From a virus (lineage: Duplodnaviria > Caudoviricetes), in IMG/VR virus record IMGVR_UViG_3300032163_000012, positions 726 to 64,725 of that record: a stretch of DNA of 64,000 nucleotides. One strand, given 5' to 3'. The notes beneath the pieces are model-generated. The model ran no database searches. It had not been told where the DNA came from and was given only the letters and a program-made list of their open reading frames with translations. Position numbers and translations under genes: made by a program. Shown in pieces: positions 48,801-57,800 of the stretch. Position 1 is the first letter of the stretch; every line of letters starts with the position of its first letter.

Positions 48801-51800
48801 AGGCTAAGATCGACACGAACCAAGCGACGCAGAAAGAAATTCTCAGTGAGATAGCTGCGCTTGAGCCAGCCGAAGCAACAGCGCCAGAGGCAAAACCTAC
48901 CAAGGCCGCGCTGATCCCGACGCGCACGCCTAGCGGAGGTATCGAGTACGTCGTCCAGCCGCTGCGCGAGGGTGCTGCGCCGGAAACAAAGATCGTGCCC
49001 GATGAAGCGCCGGCCTTCGGCGAATCGAACAAGGTATTCACCAAGGACGCCGCGGACAAGGCGCGCGAGCTGCTGCGCAAGAAACTCGGCCAGGTGAGCA
49101 TGGGGCTCGACCCGGAGATCGCGCAGGCCGGCATCCAGCTTGCTGGGTATTACATCGAGGGCGGCGCGCGATCGTTCGCCTCCTACTCGGCCAAGATGCT
49201 CGCCGACCTTGGCGACATGGCCAAGCCGTACCTGAAATCGTGGTATGCCGCCGTGTTCTATCACCCAGGCATGAACACCGAAGGGATGGAGGAGCCTGGC
49301 AGCATCAAGGAAGCCGCGGCGCCGGCAGCGAACGTCTACAACGTGGGCGACAAGGTTATCTACCGGCCGATGGTTGGGCCGTCGCCGATGCACGCCACCA
49401 TCACGCGCATGACGCGCGACAACGACGGCACTGAGCGCATTGAACTGAGCACCGGCCACCGCGGCATCGAGGCGGCGAGCGACAGGCTTACCCGCGACGT
49501 TGCGGCGCCGGCTGAAACGAAATCGCCAATCGGTGAGACATTCCCGCTGAAATCTGAAACGAACGCGCCAATCGGTGAGACATTCCCGCTGAAATCTGAA
49601 ACGAACGCGCCAATCGGTGAGACATTCCCGCTGAAATCTGAAACGAACGCGCCTGCGGCTGAAATGATCGCCCCCACCGGTTCTACCAATGTACCAATGC
49701 AAAGTACAACGCCAGCGCCAGCCGGTGGCATGACGGTCGAGAAGCGCCAGCACACCAAGACCGGCGCCGACATCTGGGTGGTGAAGGGTGGCGCGCGCGT
49801 AAGCCGCAGCGACTACCTGACCATGAACGCCCGCGCGAAGCGCCTGGGCGGAGGCTGGTCGAACTACACCAAGGGGTTCAATTTCCACAGCGAGGCCAAG
49901 GCCAACGAGTTCGCCGGCATCAAGCCTACGGAGCAATCTGCTGCGCCTGAAATGTCAGAGTACGAAAGCCGTGCTGCTTGGGGTGATGCAGAAACCGGAC
50001 AGCCATTCACCGCGATCGCTTACCGAGCGCGCAATGGAATTGAAGAAATTCCAAAAGAGCAACGCGGCTTTTGGGCTGAGACTGAAGACGGGACTGCTGG
50101 ATACGGATACGGAAAATCAGGCATCACGTCAGTGTTTAAGGATACCGTCAGCGTATCGAACCCGCTGGTGGTCGATGACCAGATGGACGCAATCATTGAA
50201 TTGTTTGGAAAGGACAGCAAAGAGCGTGAGGGCTATTTTGATGCCAAGGACAAGGGCGATGATGCAGATCGGTATGCAGACAAAGTTTTAGCTCCGGCAG
50301 CGCGCGCCGCAGGCTACGACGCGATCATCTACCGGCAAGACACAAATCTTTACGGCGCACCGACTAGATCAATTCACGTTCTTGGACAGGAGACACAAAA
50401 TGCCAAACCCGACTCCGCAGCCATGCGCCTTGCCGAGCGCATCAAGACCGAGGTAATCGTCGGCCAAGATAAGATCAACAACGTCGATTTGATGCGCATG
50501 GCGCGCGAGGAATTCGGCGAGTCATTCAGCCCGAAGGAGGCATACGATGCCGTCGAGGCCGGGATGAACCTGTATCTCCGGGAAACGCCGTCACTCAGCG
50601 ATCCGACCAGAGCAGCAACCGCGCAGCAGGCGCGCATCGTGGTGGCGAAGCTGCGCACGGCGACCGACTTCCTGCCAACGCAGAACGTGCGCGACAAGGA
50701 ACAGGAGGAATACCAGCAATTCAGCACTCCGCCGGCCATCGCCTGGCTCGTGAACTGGGTGGCGCAGGTGCGGCGCGGAGAGACTGCGCTGGAACCGTCC
50801 GGCGGACTTGGCGGACTCGCCGTGTTTGCCGAGGGCGCCGGCGCAAAGGTCGTCATCAACGAACTGTCCGCGCGCCGCGGCGCAGTGCTGAGAGATTTGT
50901 TCCCGGATGCGCGCATCTTCACCGAGGACGCCAGCCAACTGAACAACGTGCTTCCGGACGACGTGAAGCCGACCGTGGTCATCATGAACCCGCCATTCTC
51001 GGCTACGGCCGGCAGGATCGAGGGTCGGCGCTCGAACAAGGAAGGGCTCGCGCACGTCGACCAGGCGCTGAAACGGCTGGAACCGGGCGGGCGTCTCGTC
51101 CTCTTGATGGGCGAGGGCATGGCGCTGGACCTACCTGGGCAGCGTGAATGGTGGGATAAGACGCGCGCGGAGTACAACGTCCGCGCAAATATCGGCATCG
51201 AAGGCAGCGCCTACATGAAATATGGCACGACTTTCGGTGTCCAACTCATTGTCATCGACAAGACCGGGCCAACAACGGCCGAGCCTGTGGTGGCAAAAGA
51301 TGCGGTGCTGGGCGACGTGCCGGCACTGCTGGAGGATCTCCGTGATAGACCTGAAAGCGGTACAACGAGTGAACAACCACCCGCTCAACCGGGCAGCGGG
51401 GAAGTGGCTGCCGGCGCGGTTACGCAACAAGGATCAAATCAACCTGCTGGCGTTGGCGCAGTGGGGGCTGGAGAACGGCCTGGAAATCAAGCCACCAAGC
51501 CCGGAGCAGCCGACACTGGACGAAGTGGAACAGAAACTCCAGATGTTGGCGCGCGGCCAGCCGTTGCAGGCGCTGCAGTTCATCCAGGAAGTGGACGGGG
51601 AGAAAGTGCTGGAACCGTCAGATCTGGAAAGCCAACCGGACCGGAAGGAAGCGGCGAGCTTGCTGCTTCAGACTCTGTACAGCAACATGGTGGCGAGTCG
51701 GGCCTGACAGTCACATCAACCACTGCGGCTAAGAACGAAAGCGATCTCAGCGATTCAGTCTACGAGAACTACACGCCGAAGCGGTTGAAGATCGAGGGAG

Positions 51801-54800
51801 CCAAGCCGCACCCTGGCAAGCTCGTCGAGTCAGCCGCCATGTCAGCGGTAGACCCGCCTGCGCCGACCTACACGCCGAACCTGCCGCGCGAGGTCATCAC
51901 CAAAGGCATGCTGTCGATCGCGCAACTCGAGGCGGTGGTGTACGCCGGGCAGGCGCACTCCCAGATGCTTCCCGGCACAGAAGGCAAGCAGCAACGCCGT
52001 GGGTTCTTCATCGGGGACGGGACCGGCGTCGGAAAGGGCCGCGAGATCGGCGGCATCATCCTGGACAACATGCGCCAAGGCAGGAAGAAGGCTGTATGGA
52101 TCTCGGAGAAGCAGGGCCTGCACCTGGACGCGCAACGTGACTTCGAAGGTGTCGGCGGAAACCCGGCCACAATTTTCAGGCAGGGGGCCACATCGGCGAA
52201 GAATGCCATCACTGCCAAATCAGGCATTTTGTTCAGTACCTACTCGATGCTGCGCAGCGGAGAGAAGAAGCAGGCGACCGACAAACAGGAAAAGGGAAAG
52301 TCGCGCATCGATCAGTTGGTTGATTGGCTTGGGGAGGGCTTCGACGGTGTGCTGGTGTTCGATGAGGCGCACAACATGGCGAATGCCGTGCAGCAGCGTG
52401 GCGCGCGCGGCGTTAAGGCTCCGTCAAAAATGGCGATCGCGGCTCTCAACCTGCAAGCGCGTCTGCCACAGGCGCGCGTGGTGTACGTGTCCGCCACCGG
52501 CGCGACCGAAGTGCAGAACCTTGCCTACGCGGCACGCCTTGGCCTGTGGGGCGAGGGCACTCCATTCGCCGGGCGGGACGAATTCCTGAACCAGATCGAC
52601 GCAGGCGGCGTGGCGGTGATGGAACTAGTTGCCCAGAACATGAAGGCGCTTGGCGTCTATATGTCGCGTTCTCTGTCATACGACGGCGTGAGTTACGACA
52701 GGCTGGAGCACAAACTTGAGCCAATTCAGCGCGAACTGTACAACAAGCTCGCTGATACGTGGCAACTGGTCCTGAGAAGGGTAAACCAGGCGCTAGGCGA
52801 CACCGGGCAGGATAAAAGCGGAAACGCCAAAGGGGCGGCGATGTCGCGCTTTTGGGGCGCACACCAGCGCTTTTTCAACCAGATCATCACGGCAATCCAG
52901 ATGCCGACAATCATCGCCAACGCCAAGGCAGCGATCGAGGCTGGCGATGCCGTTGTCATGCAACTGGTCAACACCAACGAGGCCGAGCAGGAGCGCCAGG
53001 CGGCGCGCGCGGAGATCGAGGGTGAGGAACTGGAAGAACTTGAGTTCGGGCCGATGGATAGCCTGATCGAGTTCGTCACCGCCGGCTTCCCGGTGCAGCA
53101 GTACGTGGAAGCGGACGACGGCAATGGCAACGTCATTTCAGTGCCGGCCACAGACGCGGCCGGAAATCCGGTCATCAACAGGGATGCTGTGGCGTCGCGC
53201 GATGCGCTGATCGCTGAATTGCAATCCATGAAGCGCACGAGCGCGATCCCGGGCAACCCGATCGATCTGGTCATTGAGGAGTTCGGGCCGGAGGCGGTGG
53301 CGGAGATCACAGGGCGCAAGCGCCGTTTCGTCCGTATCAAGGGCGAATCCGGCGAGTACGTCATGACCGAGCAGAAGCGCGGGGCCGCCGCGGCACAGAA
53401 CGACGCCAAGGCTTTCATGGAGGACAAGAAGCGCGTCCTGATCTTCTCGGACGCTGGCGGTACTGGCTTTTCGTTCCAGTCTGACCTTGGCACCAAGAAC
53501 CAGCGTTTGCGCCACCACTACCTCGTTCAGCCCGGCTGGCGCGCTGACAAGGCCGTTCAGGGGCTCGGGCGCACTCATCGAACCAACGAGGCGAACCAGC
53601 CGAAATACCTGCTTCCAACCACCGATTTGAAGGCGCAGAAGCGGTTTATCTCGTCCGTCGCTCGCCGACTTGACCAGCTCGGGGCGCTCACGAAGGGGCA
53701 ACGCCAAACCGGCTCTCAGGGCCTGTTTTCGGCGAAGGACAATCTGGAGTCGCAGTATTCTACGGCCGCCGTTACGACGCTATTCGAGGACATGCACGGT
53801 GGGCGCACACCGCTGGACTTTACTGATGTCACCGCCCAAATGGGGCTCGACATGATCGACCCGCGCACCGGGGCGCTTTCCAGGGACAAAATCCCTACCG
53901 TGCCGCGTTTCCTGAACCGCCTACTATCGATGCGCATGGAAACCCAGGATCAGGTGTTCGAGGAGTTCATCCGGCGCATGGAGGAAGCGGTAGAAAACGC
54001 CATTGCCGCCGGGCACTACAACGACGGCATGGAAACCGTGCGCGCGCAGAAGGTGGCGATCACGCGCGTCGAGGTTGTGCACACCGACGAGCGCAGCGGG
54101 GCGGAAACAAAATACTACGACCTCGAGCTGACGCACCCAAATATCATCAACAAGTTCGACGCGGTACAGGACAAGATCGCAGCCGAGGAGGAATCCGCGC
54201 CTCCGGGCGTGACGCGGGACCACTTCTTCTACCGCAACGAGAAATCGGGCAAGGTATTCGCCATCATCGAGCGCGGGCAGCGCGTAAATGCGCAGGGGCA
54301 TCCGTTCACCAGAGGCAGCCGATGGGGTGTCACCGGACTGCCGCGCTACGTCGACAACGTAGAAGGCGTAAAGAGCGGCTCAACCGGGTACGGCGAGCGC
54401 GAGATCACCTACACGAAACTGACCGAGGCTCAGGCACAGGAAGCGTGGAAAAAGGAACTGGCGAAGGCGCCGCCGACCTACACCGACCACTTACACATGA
54501 TCGCAGGGGCCATCCTGCCAGTGTGGAACCGGATCACCGGGGACAATGCGCGCGTGGTGCGCACGCAGACCGAGGACGGAACCAGATTGATTGGGCGCGT
54601 CGTTCCGATTGGTCAGTTGAAGGACACGCTGCGCAATCTTGGTGTCGGCTCGACCGTTGCAAAACTGCCAGCCGCAGATATTTTCAAGCGCGTAATGGCT
54701 GGCGAGCGCGGCCTGCTTGCCGATGGCAGTACGCTCGTGACCGTGAACCTTCTTGGATCAAAGAGGGTGGAATTGAAGGCTCCGCACGGCATGACGTCCG

Positions 54801-57800
54801 CCAAGTCGCGCCAGTTGACAGAGCAGGGAGCGCAGATCGAGCGGCACCAGTGGACTGAGCGCGCGTTTATTCCGAACGGCGACGTTCTGGAGCGCATCCT
54901 GGAAACGACGCCGATCGTGGAGCTTGGCGCGGAAGGCGGAGAGAAGTACAGCCTCGGCACCGGCGAGCGCCCGGCCGCCAACGTGGCCTCCGAGGTCCGC
55001 CGCATCGCCGAGGAAATGTTCCCGAAGGCGAATCTGGCGATGGTCGATCGCTTGTTCGGCGAAGGCCCGGCCGTGGTGCGCTCCGGGGCGCCCAGCGAGG
55101 CGCGCATCGAGGCAGCCGGCAAGTACAACACCGGGCGCCAGTTGATGACCGTGGCGATGAACTACGAGGACCCGACCAAGACGATCCGGCACGAGGGCGT
55201 GCACGCGCTCTACGACATGGGCATGTTCAAGGAAGCCGAGTGGACCATCCTGCAGCGCGAGTCGACCAATCGCTGGATGAAGGAGCACAACGTACCAGAC
55301 AACGAGGAAGGGATAGCCAAGGCATTCCAGTTCTACCGCGCCGGCGGCAAGTTCGCTGGGCCGGTGGGGCGCGCGTTTGACCGCATCAGGGATTTCCTAC
55401 AGCGGATTGGAAACGCCCTACGCGGCCTGGGCTACCAGAACGTGGACGACATTTTCAAGCGCATCGAATCAGGCGAGGTCGGCGCCGCGGTGCGCCCCGG
55501 CAGCATGGCCGACTTGGCCAGCATGACGCTTGAGAGCTACGCCAAGATGCCGCTGTCGTACCGCATGGCCGTGCGCGACGACCTGAATGCGGTGCTGGAG
55601 AAGTTCTCTGCTGCTGGCGGGGTGGCCCAAAAAAGCGCTGCAGCGATGTTCAATCAAGAACAGATCGACGCCGCGAGCCAAACAAAATGGAAAAGCAGGG
55701 AGAAGCTAGTTGACATGCCAATAGCCGATTTTCTTCGGCTGGCAGCGCAAGGGGAAAGCGAGTTCAAGCGCAAGCGTGTCCAAGAGGTTCTAGACCGCGG
55801 GGATAAGTTCAGTGATTTGCCGTACCTGTTGGTGAAAACAGAAGGTGGCAACGTGGTTGTAATGGGGCAGGGGGAGTCGCATGAAGGGCGGCACCGGGCT
55901 AGAGCGCTACAGAAACTCGGGTACACCACTATACCTGTAGTGATAAAAGGCGACATTCGGTGGTCTGAGCAAACCGATTCGAAGCTGTTCGATTATAAAG
56001 CTCAGTGGCCCAATAAACTTGTTGGCCAGAGTGGTGAAAGTGTGCCGTTTCCAGTAATGCGTGAGGATGCGGCTGCAAATTATTCTAAACATCCAGACGT
56101 TCGCTATAGCCTGGGCAGCGATCTGCCTGACAACATCGCCGTGATCCAGAAGCAGACGGGTAATGACGTGTTGCCAACCACCCGTTTCGCGGCGAACCCG
56201 CGCAATGCGTTTTTCGGCGAGCCTGTCCTGCGTGAATTGCAGAAGTTCGCCACTCACATTGAAACCCAGATAGCGCGCACCGCCAAGAGCTTTTCTGACG
56301 AATATCACGGCATCAGAAAAAAACTGAACAAGAGCGAGCGAGACACGCTGGATGATGTCCTTTGGGTAGGCGAGGCGGACGAGGTTGAATTCACCGAGCA
56401 ACAACTGCGCGAGGACATCGGCTGGACTGATCCAAAGCTCATCAAGGCGTACAAGGATTTCCGCTCTCTGGTGGAGAAGATGGGGCGCTTCGTCGATATG
56501 CACCGCCGGTCGATGAAGTTCGAGTACACGGAGAGAAAGAAAAAGGTGCTTGTCCGTATGGCCAATCTGAGGGTGATGGATGTGGCCGAGTTCCGCAGCC
56601 TCTATGGCCGGCGCCTGCGCCTGCGCGGCAAGGTGCGCGACGGAGACGTAGACCCAGCCACCCTTGCGGCACTGGACGCCATCGAGGAACAGATGCAAAT
56701 CATCCGTGAGGAAACGGACGAGTACCAGGATCTGGTGAAAGAAATCGACCGCATTGATGGCATCCTGGCCGAAACGTCGATCCGCACCAAGGTTGGCTAC
56801 ATGCCGCACAAGTTTTTCGGCACCTGGGCCACCTATCGCTTGGTCGAGGAGCCGGTTCTGGACAAAGAGGGCAAGCCGACGATGGACCCGGGCACCGGCG
56901 AGCCGGTCACTGAGACGGTGCACAAGCTCGTTGCTGGCGAGCACGGGTTCTACCCGAACCAGAAAGCGGCAGTCACGGCGGCCGAGCGCGCCTCGGCGCT
57001 GGCTCCAGACGACCAGTTTGAAGTGCGCGCGGTGCAATTCAAATTCCCGAATGCGGCAGCCACCACCCTGACAGATGCCTCGTTCTGGACATTCCTCGGG
57101 AAGTTTAGCGCGGCAACCAGCCTGCACGGGCAGGATCTGCGCGACGCGACAGAGGGCATCGCCCGCCGCCGCTTCCGCCGCCGCATTGCCGGGTTCACCC
57201 AAAAGCGCACCGGCGTCGAGGGGTTCAGCAAGGCCATGGACAGGGTGATGCTCTCCCACATCGGCGAGGTCACCCGGTACGTGTTCCTGGACAAGTTCAA
57301 GTACCGCGCCATCAGCGACATGGAAAAGCTCAAGATGTCGCCGTTCCAGTCGCAAGACACGAAGCACCCAACGCTATCGAAGATGGTTGAGGCATACATT
57401 CGTGACATGAACGGCCAGAAGCAGCCGATGGAGAAGTCGGTAGACGAGTCGCTTGACTGGATCGCATCCAGGCCGTGGGCGAAGGCTGCCTTTGTCGGGC
57501 TGCCGGCGTCCGCCGCGGGCGCCTCGCTCATGTTCGGCATCTCCACCAATCCGCTGGTCGCCGCGGCCGTGTCCGGCTACGTCGGATGGCGCCTGTACTC
57601 GTCGATCTCGCGCGATACTGAGTTCAAATCAAGGGCGCTTACCCAGGATCTACTTGGCGACATGGCGCACGCGAAGCTGGGAGCGTTCTTCAACCTCGCG
57701 TCCGGCATCGTCAATTTGACCCAGACGCCAATCAATACCCTGCCGGTGCTGGGTCCGAAGTACACCATGATTGGGATGCAGAAATTGGCCGGCGCGCTCT

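Noticed and set aside
49971-50291. Another +1 ORF in the giant gene
   Set aside because: No RBS, and the main frame here looks globular, unlike the two accepted nested ORFs
55907-57367. 486-aa antisense ORF in the giant gene
   Set aside because: Typical antisense shadow of GC-biased codons, with no RBS or motifs
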